A DNA stretch of 64,000 bases. It comes from Octopus sinensis (Eukaryota). Below the pieces are notes generated by a model, which did no database searches, was not told the origin of the DNA, and saw only the letters and a list, made by a program, of their open reading frames with translations. The translations under genes were made by a program, and so were the position numbers. Position 1 is the first letter of the stretch, and each line of letters opens with the position of its first letter. The stretch spans positions 60,574,001-60,638,000 of the forward strand of contig NC_043005.1 of the NCBI RefSeq assembly GCF_006345805.1. The letters are read 5' to 3'. Shown piece after piece: positions 28,277 to 40,040 of this stretch.

Positions 28277-31077
28277 ATAAGATTTTACGTTCTATGGTCA
28301 TATTCTGCCGAGGTTGGTCGACAAAATAAGTATCAGATGAACATTGAAGTCGATACAATCGACACACCTCTCCTGGAATTAATGGTTTTGAGTCAAAAGT
28401 CGAAACCTATATATGTGTATATATGTATGCATGCATCTCTATAAGACTGCCAAGGTGACTCAACATATTTAACCCTCGGTGATGGAGTAATGAGTCAATG
28501 ATGAAGAGTAATCAAATCCAAAATCAACGCTGATATGAATTAATCTCGCTTGCCATTCGTGGGGGGGGGAGATATTTGCTTGTCTCCCTTTTCAGTCGTT
28601 AGAAAAGTGTTTTCACGTGGCTAAGCGTTGTTTTGACTTTTATTTCTAGCAATGCTGGTGCTGGCTAGTATCCTCCTTCCCCTTAGTGACGACTATACTA
28701 GTTACCTTTCTGATGTAAATTGCGAATAATTTATAATTCTCACTTCACTATTTTCGGAATCGTTCAATGCTGCCTATGGTGTTTTCTACAAGTCTGACAA
28801 TGTGAGTTAAGTTCTTTAACCCTCGGCGATGGAGCAATAAGTCACTGATGAAGATTAATCAATTCTTATATCAGCGCTATGATTCCATCTCGCTAGCGTA
28901 GGAATTTGTCTCTCTTCTTAGTCATAAGAAAAGTGTTCTCACGTGTTTTGTATACGAGTAACAATGTATATATATATATATGTGTGTATATGTGTGTGTT
29001 TGTGAGTGTGTGTTTTCGTGTGTATGTGTATGTATGTGCGTGTTTACAGTAAAAATTGAGCCTTCCTTTGTCAGGTCTTGTCGAATATCAGTTTTTTCTT
29101 CTAAATAAAGTGCCAGGTAGCCTTTCATCAAACCTCCAACAGGCACTGTGGTTTTAAGTTACTTATATAAGAGACAATGTTTTCTTTGATTCTCATCATA
29201 ATGAACTTACCGCATCTAAAAGAAATTCAAATTTTTGTGCAAATGATGAACACGAAAATTTCATGATTCTCTGTTATTATAGAATTGATCAAATATCTTT
29301 TCAATATTCTCATCGTTTCCTCTTTACTATTTTAATCTATGAAATTGTCATTTCACGAAGCAATAGTTTCTTCACAGTTGTATGTCTCCTCGTGTATCTC
29401 CCTCATCACGCAATTTTACACTAATTTCAATTCATATACTACTAAATATATCGGTACTATTGAAATACAATTTGGACTGGTGTTTCATCGTATCATATTT
29501 GAGTTTAAATATTGGAATCGTTTTGAGCATAGTGTATCCCCAAAACGTATTTTATCCCATTCACCCACATATTTGCAGGTTAAAATTTAATTCAACCAAT
29601 TCCTTGTATTAAAATTTGGACTTTAATCAACAAAGATGCTTTAACAAAATCCGAAAGTAATATAAAATGTTTCTGGGAATGCATTGGATTTCAGATTCAG
29701 TTATGACAGAAATTGATATGGTGCTATTCAGCCTTCTGTGGAAAAAAAATGTTACTATTCTAGTTAGCAGCAAGCAATCTAACCAATGGAAGAATCCTTA
29801 TCAAAGATTACAAATATCATTTTTCATTAATTTTCCATTGAATATCAGTTCTATAATAAGCCACGAACCCTGCAATGTCCTAGAATTCAGACCTAAATTC
29901 TCTTAACAAAACTTTTTCGTTTATAAGATGTACATTCCAGATTTTTATCATCACTTTGCCATTTTAATTGGATAGATCCATTGAAGTATTTTTATAACTT
30001 GTACTCCCATAAAATCACAATCAATATTTCTATCATTTTCTCTCGGTGTATCAACTTGAAGCATAAACATTTTACGTTATAAAGAATTTCTGATGTCCAG
30101 AAGCTTTTAGGTGAATAAATATCGATCTTACAGTAACGAAGTTAAGTCTGATTGTGTTTCAGATTTTATTCTTCTTAGCTGGTATGATTTTTTCATGACA
30201 ATACCAAAATAACACCTAATAATCTTAATACCTCTATAATTTTAATACCACTGCCAACAAATTTCAAATTTGATTTCTTCTTCTTGGCTAACAACACCAA
30301 TGTTATCATTCAGTCTACTTGCCAAAAATATTATGTGGTGGAGAATTCTACGGAGAACATTTCACCAATTTTAAAGCTTGTTCTTCAATACTATTTGATA
30401 TTAAAAGCACTATAACAATGGCTCTTGTATTTTGTAAAATATAGCTTTCGGTATTCTCACTTTGATTGAAGCTGTATCGATTAATTTTTTCCCCCGTTTT
30501 ATTTGTTGAGGTCTATGACTTTCTGGTGCTCGCTAATTATGGAATCCCCTTTGTGATTGTAATGTCATGAAAATAACAAGCAACAAAATCAAAATGTTAT
30601 TTTCTTCTCTAGAGAGTAAACAAATCATGACTGTTAACCTACTACACATCCAACTCCCAAGCTTCATTTGCACAATCTTTCCCTCATTGATCGTTCGTTG
30701 TTGGAACAATACACGTTTACCGTTTTAGAAAATACTTCAAAGCAGATTTCTTTGTCCGGGGGTCATATGATGAATTTATATTTTCCGTGCATTTTACCGC
30801 ACTTTAAGAAGCCTATTACATGATACTAAATCACACGTTTATGCTTTCAATAATGAACCCTTCTAATTGCTTTAATGGAAGTATTTTTTCTTCAAAGTAA
30901 CAAAATTCTTCTACAGATAGGGTAGGCGGCTGGTCTCCAAATATTCCCGATGCGATTAAATTTGTCATTTGCTTCATGGACTTTGTATCTTTTCCTACGT
31001 TGTAGTCTTACAACTTTTGTTCACTGTATTTTCCAAATTCTCTGCATGACAGAGACACACAGAATTGTATACACACA

Positions 31078-31137
<60 letters not shown>

Positions 31138-31138
<1 letters not shown>

Positions 31139-31547
31139 TCTTTTACTCTTTTACTTGTTTCAGTCATTTGACTGCGGCCATGCTGGAGCACCGCCTTTAG
31201 TCGAGCAAATCGACCCCGGGACTTATTCTTTGTAAGCCCAGTACTTATTCTATCGGTATCTTTTTGCCGAACCGCTAAGTGACGGAGGCGTAAGCACACC
31301 AGCATCGGTTGTCAAGCAATGCTAGGGGAACAAACACAGACACACAAACACACACAGACATACATATATATATATACATATATACGACAGGCTTCTTTCA
31401 GTTTCCGTCTACCAAATCCACTCACAAGGCATTGGTTGGCCCGGAGCTATAGCAGAAGACACTTGCCCAAGATGCCACGCAGTGGGACTGAACCCGGAAC
31501 CATGTGGTTGGTTAGCAAGCTACTTACCACACAGCCACTTCTGCGCC
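31138..31547 (-). mobile_element. tRNA-derived SINE family B
   Basis: Minus-strand head gg..g.agtggctgtgtggtaag..ggttcagtccc (A/B boxes), ggcaagtgtcttct body and internal microsatellite; homologous to the 51769 and 62738 copies. Confidence 0.85.
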
Positions 31548-31627
31548 TTATATATATATATATAAATATATTTAAATATATATATATGTATATATGCATA
31601 TATATATATACATACATGCATACATAC

Positions 31628-31690
<63 letters not shown>

Positions 31691-32399
31691 TGTGGGGGTA
31701 GGATATCGAGAGAGTGAGATGTTAAGGGAACACTCTTAATGATAACGCGTTTTAGTTTTGGTTTTGGTAGTAAATGATTGGGATGTGAAGATACAGCTGC
31801 CTGAAAAATTCTAATAAATTACATATTTTTCAATTATATATTAAAAAGCTAGATATAAATGCTACATGATTGAGTTATTAACAATAGCAAAGCATTGTTA
31901 AGAGGTAATGTAAAAAAAAAAAATATTTTAAAATTATGGGAGATAAATATCCCAATTAGAATAAAATAAAATAATTTTGTAACTAAAACAACAGAAATCA
32001 AAAATCTATAAACATTGGAAATGTCAGGAGTAATGATTCGTTGACAAAATATATGTAACAAAAAATAATGAATGAATTTTCTGATGGATTTACTTCCACA
32101 TTCATAATGAGATAAGCCTAAAGTCGAAATCACAATTTCTTATTTTGTTGTTATCTATTAATATTTCCAGTTACATTTTGTTCGAAAAGATAATTTTCTA
32201 ATTTAAATAGTAAAAATAGCAAATGCTAAAAATATAAGGATTCAGTTACCCCTTTCTTTAAATAACATAATCATGGGAAGAGCGTTATCCTAAACCCATA
32301 TAATTCTTTACCACCCTAAACACAAATTTCCTGGAACTTGCGATTCATTGACGTCGAACAATCTAACTGCATATTAGGAAATGTCAACCATGAATCCGG

Positions 32400-32448
32400 A
32401 TTGCAATGCATATGTATGTGTTTGTTCTTTGAATTTTATGTAACTTCC

Positions 32449-32492
<44 letters not shown>

Positions 32493-32505
32493 GTACGTAT
32501 GTATG

Positions 32506-32537
<32 letters not shown>

Positions 32538-32640
32538 CATCTATATATATATACACATATACATATATATATATATACATATATATACATATACATATAC
32601 ATATACATATATATACATATATATATACATATATATATAC

Positions 32641-32674
<34 letters not shown>

Positions 32675-32813
32675 GTATGTATATATATACATATATATAT
32701 ACATATATATATACATATATATATACATATATATATACATATATATATACATATATATATATATACATATATATATACATATATATATACATATATATAC
32801 ATATATATACATA
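32400..32813. repeat. (TA)n/(TACATA)n microsatellite tract
   Basis: Seen directly; related tracts at 33419-33572 and 36074-36290 bound the HHR elements. Confidence 0.95.
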
Positions 32814-33410
32814 TAGCAATTAAGGACAACTACTTAATAAGGAAAACTTAACAAGAAATTGTCAGGTAGATAGCGTGAAAACCTCATAAGAGAATAAATT
32901 TCGAAAATAATTATTTCTTATTGAACATATTAATTTATATATAGAGGGCATTATACATACATGCCAGAGAGCATTATACATACATGCCACACGCTAAGAG
33001 GGACAATTAGTCATTTCTACCAAAAATATTACTAATCCCACCGAATGCAATTTTTCAAAGTAAGACATTTAAAAATATAGACCTGTATCACACTGATTTC
33101 ATACTTACGTATTCATCAGCAGGCCTGAATGTATCATAAATAAACGACCCTGCCCCGCTTAAGCCGATCAGCTAACTGATCAACATCAACGAAGCACATG
33201 GGTGAGTTTACATATATTACATCCTGTAAATGGCTTACTTTTACGAATTGCATTTCGGGAAAGGAAAAGTTTTTTCGGAATAAAAATTTAGCAATTAAGG
33301 ACAACTACTTAATAAGGAAAACTTAACAAGAAATTGTCAGGTAGATAGCGTGAAAACCTCATAAGAGAATAAATTTCGAAAATAATTATTTCTTATTGAA
33401 CATATTAATT

Positions 33411-33418
<8 letters not shown>
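32814..33418 (-). mobile_element. 475-bp HHR-bearing unit with 130-bp terminal direct redundancy (retrozyme/pLTR-like)
   Basis: 32814-32943 is repeated at 33289-33418 (period 475); single HHR at 33080-33125; flanked by TA microsatellites. Confidence 0.85.
33080..33125 (-). ncRNA. Type I hammerhead ribozyme motif
   Basis: Minus strand: GGCCUG CUGAUGA AUAC-GUAA-GUAU GAA AUCA-GUG-UGAU A/CAGGUC. Stem I 6 bp (one G.U), stem II 4 bp with GNRA loop, stem III 4 bp, triplet AUA. Confidence 0.85.
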
Positions 33419-33442
<24 letters not shown>

Positions 33443-33692
33443 TATACATATATATATATACATATATATATATACATATATATATATACATATATATATA
33501 CATATATATATACATATATATATACATATATATATATACATATATATATATATACATATATATATACATATATAACAATTAAGGAACGGCCATAATAGGC
33601 CATTCACCCACTAGAAATAACAGCCAAAGCTTCTACCGCAAATAAAGATTAATTCCGTAAACAGGAGAAAATTAAAAAACATTTACCCTGTA

Positions 33693-33799
33693 ATTTCTTG
33701 TACGGTATACCGTTTCATCCGCTGTTTAATGGTAAACTAACCTGATTAAATTAAATCAAGCCAATCTTCCATAAGCCCTCGGATTCTTCAGCAAGAAAT
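33693..33799 (-). ncRNA. Type I hammerhead ribozyme motif (491-bp unit, copy 1)
   Basis: AUUUCUUG CUGAAGA AUCCG-(58 nt)-CGGAU GAA ACGG-UAUA-CCGU A/CAAGAAAU. Confidence 0.9.
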
Positions 33800-34184
33800 A
33801 GCTCAAGTCGGGACAGATATTTACAACGAGGCATACCCAATCTTGCCAAGGCAATATCTGACCTAAAATTTTCAAATCGTCGCACTCGCGCCAAATTTAT
33901 CGGCAGCAAATAAATATCAGCCGTCGATTCCATTACGGAATTAACCAAAAAATTCATAATTAATCAATATAGGGTGGCAAGGAAAATTTTGTAGAATTTT
34001 ATTGCCACCAGCGGCCCAGTAGGAAAAAATTAAATAGTCATAGACCATTTTTAAGTTCAACATTAACAATTAAGGAACGGCCATAATAGGCCATTCACCC
34101 ACTAGAAATAACAGCCAAAGCTTCTACCGCAAATAAAGATTAATTCCGTAAACAGGAGAAAATTAAAAAAACATTTACCCTGTA

Positions 34185-34291
34185 ATTTCTTGTACGGTAT
34201 ACCGTTTCATCCGCTGTTTAATGGTAAACTAACCTGATTAAATTAAATCAAGCCAATCTTCCATAAGCCCTCGGATTCTTCAGCAAGAAAT
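34185..34291 (-). ncRNA. Type I hammerhead ribozyme motif (copy 2)
   Basis: Same motif 492 bp from copy 1. Confidence 0.9.
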
Positions 34292-34762
34292 AGCTCAAGT
34301 CGGGACAGATATTTACAACGAGGCATACCCAATCTTGCCAAGGCAATATCTGACCTAAAATTTTCAAATCGTCGCACTCGCGCCAAATTTATCGGCAGCA
34401 AATAAATATCAGCCGTCGATTCCATTACGGAATTAACCAAAAAATTCATAATTAATCAATATAGGGTGGCAAGGAAAATTTTGTAGAATTTTATTGCCAC
34501 CAGCGGCCCAGTAGGAAAAAATTAAATAGTCATAGACCATTTTTAAGTTCAACATTAACAATTAAGGAACGGCCATAATAGGCCATTCACCCACTAGAAA
34601 TAACAGCCAAAGCTTCTACCGCAAATAAAGATTAATTCCGTAAACAGGAGAAAATTAAAAAAACATTTACCCGCGAGTGCGACGATTTGAAAATTTTAGG
34701 TCAGATATTGCCTTGGCAAGATTGGGTATGCCTCGTTGTAAATATCTGTCCCGACTTGAGCT

Positions 34763-34869
34763 ATTTCTTGCTGAAGAATCCGAGGGCTTATGGAAGATTG
34801 GCTTGATTTAATTTAATCAGGTTAGTTTACCATTAAACAGCGGATGAAACGGTATACCGTACAAGAAAT
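34763..34869 (+). ncRNA. Type I hammerhead ribozyme motif (copy 3)
   Basis: 8-bp stem I, CUGAAGA at 34771-34777, 5-bp stem II, GAAA, stem III ACGG/CCGU, predicted cut after 34861 (GUA). Confidence 0.9.
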
Positions 34870-35253
34870 TACAGGGTAAATGTTTTTTTAATTTTCTCCT
34901 GTTTACGGAATTAATCTTTATTTGCGGTAGAAGCTTTGGCTGTTATTTCTAGTGGGTGAATGGCCTATTATGGCCGTTCCTTAATTGTTAATGTTGAACT
35001 TAAAAATGGTCTATGACTATTTAATTTTTCCTACTGGGCCGCTGGTGGCAATAAAATTCTACAAAATTTTCCTTGCCACCCTATATTGATTAATTATGAA
35101 TTTTTTGGTTAATTCCGTAATGGAATCGACGGCTGATATTTATTTGCTGCCGATAAATTTGGCGCGAGTGCGACGATTTGAAAATTTTAGGTCAGATATT
35201 GCCTTGGCAAGATTGGGTATGCCTCGTTGTAAATATCTGTCCCGACTTGAGCT

Positions 35254-35360
35254 ATTTCTTGCTGAAGAATCCGAGGGCTTATGGAAGATTGGCTTGATTT
35301 AATTTAATCAGGTTAGTTTACCATTAAACAGCGGATGAAACGGTATACCGTACAAGAAAT
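35254..35360 (+). ncRNA. Type I hammerhead ribozyme motif (copy 4)
   Basis: Same motif, predicted cut after 35352. Confidence 0.9.
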
Positions 35361-35744
35361 TACAGGGTAAATGTTTTTTTAATTTTCTCCTGTTTACGGA
35401 ATTAATCTTTATTTGCGGTAGAAGCTTTGGCTGTTATTTCTAGTGGGTGAATGGCCTATTATGGCCGTTCCTTAATTGTTAATGTTGAACTTAAAAATGG
35501 TCTATGACTATTTAATTTTTTCCTACTGGGCCGCTGGTGGCAATAAAATTCTACAAAATTTCCTTGCCACCCTATATTGATTAATTATGAATTTTTTGGT
35601 TAATTCCGTAATGGAATCGACGGCTGATATTTATTTGCTGCCGATAAATTTGGCGCGAGTGCGACGATTTGAAAATTTTAGGTCAGATATTGCCTTGGCA
35701 AGATTGGGTATGCCTCGTTGTAAATATCTGTCCCGACTTGAGCT

Positions 35745-35851
35745 ATTTCTTGCTGAAGAATCCGAGGGCTTATGGAAGATTGGCTTGATTTAATTTAATC
35801 AGGTTAGTTTACCATTAAACAGCGGATGAAACGGTATACCGTACAAGAAAT
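35745..35851 (+). ncRNA. Type I hammerhead ribozyme motif (copy 5)
   Basis: Same motif, predicted cut after 35843. Confidence 0.9.
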
Positions 35852-36187
35852 TACAGGGTAAATGTTTTTTTAATTTTCTCCTGTTTACGGAATTAATCTT
35901 TATTTGCGGTAGAAGCTTTGGCTGTTATTTCTAGTGGGTGAATGGCCTATTATGGCCGTTCCTTAATTGTTAATGTTGAACTTAAAAATGGTCTATGACT
36001 ATTTAATTTTTTCCTACTGGGCCGCTGGTGGCAATAAAATTCTACAAAATTTTCCTTGCCACCCTATATTGATAAATATATATACATATATATATATATA
36101 TACATATATATATACATATATATATACATATATATACATATATATATAAACATATATATATACATATATATATACATATATATATAC

Positions 36188-36277
<90 letters not shown>

Positions 36278-36629
36278 CATATATGTATAATCAATTGACG
36301 GATTTGTAAAGATGTGTAAGTATATATTTGCGGGTACGTAGCGAATAAATATTTTCGCGTTGAACTTTTCATTGTTTCAATTTTCAGAGGAAATTATTTC
36401 TTAGGAATAATTGCATAGCGTGCATTATATTTGATTTACAAATAGTTGATGAGACTATCGGTAATATATGTGGTTATGTCAATTGCAGATTTTATAAAAT
36501 GCATACCTGCACAGTACATGCATCACTTCACAATCGTGCACATCCGTGTGTGCGTGTACGTCTGTCTCTGTGTATGCATGTGTGTATATTTAAATCTATA
36601 TATACAAGAGTTACGGAATAGAGTATATA

Positions 36630-37800
36630 AGATCCAGACTACATATGTTTCATAGCGATCGGAACCTCGAGAGTGTTAAATATCTAAGTGAGGTGTATAG
36701 CTCAAGCTAGTCTTTAGGCCGAGGATATCTTGATTAGCTCAACATTACTTTTGGAAAGAATTTTCCTCCATTCAATTTTCCCAACACTTACTCAGGACTC
36801 GGCAATGGATAGTTACGTGAAATTAAGCAATCGTTAGACCCCGTTGAAAAGTCTGCACTACTTCTTAACTTAGTATTTTTCCTTTTTGTGTAAACCGTAT
36901 ATACCGTAGGTGCTGCCCAGTCTGAGCGTTCCGTTCTCTCGATTATTCCTTGACTTTCAATTTTTTCAAATTCCTTATTTACCTGTTCCAGCGTCGCGTA
37001 CGGTACGTTACGTTTTGGCTTAGATACAGGTGTTGCACTTTGTTATACTGCAAATTTTGTCTTCGTTTTCGTGGAGCAGCTCAGTTCATCCGAGAAAACA
37101 TCTGGGAATAAATGTTTTATTTTTCGTTTCAATCTCTCAGCCGCATTCGGACATTCGACCGAATCGGCTATATTCCCCCACAAAACACTTATGAGCGTAT
37201 TCCACAATTTGAATACTTCCAACCACTCTGTGACGAACATATTAACTGGATTTTTTTAACACGTACTTTTACCGTTTCCATTTGATCACAAAATGTGACA
37301 TTACACACAAATTCACTAATAAAATACACTATGTACTACATAGCACTATGTACTACATTTGCAGATTTACTTCCAAGTTTCTTCATTCACAATGGTATTA
37401 TTACTTCCAGTATCTAACTGCATTTTTACTCTTATATTTTCAATTTTCACATTTACGAATTTTCTCTTTGTCACATTACCATTGTCTTTCGACGACATCT
37501 TGTTTATTCTCTTTTGCTTTGCTCCAAAGACTTGTCATCTAGATTTTGCAGTGCGCTGTTACGTGTCCAGTTTTTCATAAGTGGGTAAATCTTTCTCGAG
37601 TGTAGACCTCTACATACAAAACATGGGTTTGTTTCCTGACTTTTGTCCTGTTTTTCTCGTGAGTTAATTCCTCGTCCCCACTGCCGTTATCTAACGTCGG
37701 ACTGTTATTACCTCCACTCCGGTATAGCAGTATATTTAGACAAGTAAGACACAGCTGTCTATGAACGTCTACGCCAACTTCTCTACATCACAATATTTGT
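36630..37800 (-). mobile_element. Ty3/Gypsy LTR retrotransposon remnant (PBS, gag zinc-knuckle relic, protease, RT N-terminus)
   Basis: Minus strand: PBS-like TGGGGACGAGGA (37669-37680); KTGHVTAHCK; RKFVNVKIENIRVKMQLDTGS; FPDVFSDELSCSTKTKTKF..TPVSKPKRNVPYATLEQVNKE..ADFST..GGKFFPK; many stops and frameshifts. Confidence 0.85.
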
Positions 37801-37870
37801 AACTACTAGCACATACCACTCGTCACGTAGGAAGGGTGTTCCATTATTATTATTATTATTATTATTATCT

Positions 37871-37908
<38 letters not shown>

Positions 37909-37990
37909 CATGCATATTTCAAAAGGCCACACTCAAACACACACAAACACGCTCACACTTACACACACAAAAAGAATTGCAGCTACTATG

Positions 37991-39450
37991 TTATAATTCA
38001 ACTAACATATATTCCTATATATCTCCAACTGATTTTACCTCTGACAGGCAAAAATATTTTGTTCACACTCACTAAAACAGTATTTCAAATATTTTATCCA
38101 TAACAAATAGAACATGACTTACACACATCAACAAACGTATGGACATGAGATGTGCACACGCTTCCTTAATTAGATTTGCAGTTATAATCAGAAACAAACA
38201 GCTTTGGAAGTGTTGTGATAATGTCCAAAACAATGTTGGCAATTACAACGACTTGCAGCAAAATTAACTTGACCAAAAAGAATACCAAAAAGAAATAAAA
38301 GAAGAAAGAGACAAAAGAGTGGCTTGTCAACAGAGAAATCAACAGTCAATAAACGTAGTAATAACATTCCCCATGAACAGCAGTTGTAAGATAGAGAAAG
38401 AAACGACACCATACATAGCTTATGAATTGACAAGATATATAAAGCCACCAAATATCTAGTAGAAAACACAAGCCAATTAACAATCACAAGCTCAAGATAC
38501 ACTGATAGCACAGAAAAGACCTTTATTAAATGTATAAATCTATAGAATTTTATGGCTTCATGATGATATTAGACGCAATAGTTTGACGTTTTGAAAGGAA
38601 TTTATCCTTTCAAAATAAGAAGAAATTTCTTGAAATTCTAGCCATTCATAGCAAAGTTTTAACGCAAATTTGCCACACAGCTTTTTACAGACTCCATGTA
38701 TTTTTATAGTTCTGTTTCGGCTTTTTGTTCTTATACACGTATGTCTGAATTTATTTCTAGTGGTACATGTTTCCTCAATTATGTGTTTGAGAGTATATAC
38801 AGGACCGTGAAGTGAATCACCACAAAGTTCTTCAGCAACTTTTTGAATATTCCCGTCGACTGTGTATGTTACCCAGCTGTTTGTAGGGGTAAGTTCCAAA
38901 ATATTATTTAAAAAACCTGCATTGGCTATGGTCTACTGCTTGCTAGGGATTATATTCATTATATGCTAGGGATTATATTATAATTCAATCAACATATATT
39001 CCCATATATCTCCAACTGATTTTATCACTGACAAGCAAAAACATTTTGTTCACACTGACTAGAATAATATTTTAAATATTTTACCGATAACCTATGGAAC
39101 ATGACTTACACACATCAACAAACGTATGAGCAGCAGATGTACACACAAACAAACAGCTTTAGAAGTGTTGTGATATTGTCCAAGACCCTCTCAAATACAA
39201 TGACTTTGAGAAGCAACAAAATTAATTTCGTGAGAAAGAAGAATACTAAGAAGAAATAAAAGAAAAACAGATAAAAGAGTGGCTGGCTAATAGAGAAATT
39301 AACAGTCAACAGGCGCAGTGATAACCCTGCCCCACAACAGCAATCGTAAGAAAGGGATAGGGCCGATGCAAAAGATAATCAAGGAATTGACAAAGTATAT
39401 AAAGCTATCAGTTATCTTGTGGGAAACACAAATAAAAGCATAAGATATAC
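37991..39450. repeat. Diverged local direct duplication (37991-38500 vs 38978-39450)
   Basis: Shared blocks such as atatctccaactgatttta, gaacatgacttacacacatcaacaaacgtatg and aaaagagtggct; offset about 987 bp. Confidence 0.8.
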
Positions 39451-39609
39451 TCTTCTCATAAAGTAGACTACCAAAACTGCGTTTTAACATATTCGATTAC
39501 TGAGATAAATATAAATTTTCGGAAATCATTTGCTTTACCACTTGTATTCAGTGCTCTTTTCTCTTTAGTTTAAAATAAGGCAACATCCGCTTATATATAT
39601 AATAATTTA

Positions 39610-40040
39610 AGGCGGCGAGCTGGCAGAACCGTTAGCATGCAGGGCGAAATGCGTAGCCGTATTTCGTCTGCCGTTACATTCTGAGTTCAAATTCCACCGA
39701 GGTCGACTTTGCTTTTCATCCATTCGAGGTCGATAAATTAAGTACCAGTTACGCACTGGGGTCGATGTAATCGACTTAGTTCGTTTGTCTGTCCTTGTTT
39801 GTCCCCTCTATGTTTAGCCCCTTGTGGGTAATAAAGAAACATATATAATTATTTTTATTATTTTAAAATCAATTAGGACGACGAGCTGGCAGAATCGTTA
39901 TTGCGCCGGGCAAAATGCTTACCGATATTTCATCTGTCTTCGTACTTTGAGTTCAAATTTCCCCGAGATTTACTTTGAATTTCATCCTTTCGGAGTCGAT
40001 AAAATAAGTAGTTGTACACTGTGGTCTACGTAATTGCTAG
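39610..40040 (+). mobile_element. SINE family A (full copy plus degenerate copy)
   Basis: Family A head and body motifs. Confidence 0.8.

Larger units (their letters stand above)
33573..34672 (-). mobile_element. Tandem array (about 2.2 copies) of a 491/492-bp HHR unit, left arm
   Basis: caattaaggaacggcc recurs at 33576, 34067 and 34559; identical 68-aa ORFs at 33751..33957 and 34243..34449. Confidence 0.92.
34672..36073 (+). mobile_element. Tandem array (about 2.85 copies) of the same 491-bp HHR unit, inverted, right arm
   Basis: Reverse complement of the left-arm unit; ORFs at 35096 and 35587 (period 491); junction at 34672. Confidence 0.92.

Noticed and set aside
29300-30600. Decayed coding region on the minus strand
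   Set aside because: Frequent stops in all frames tried; no diagnostic motif recognised.
33573-36073. CRISPR array or simple satellite
   Set aside because: Units are 491-bp near-identical repeats without spacers in a eukaryotic context; the HHR content favours a retrozyme-like call.
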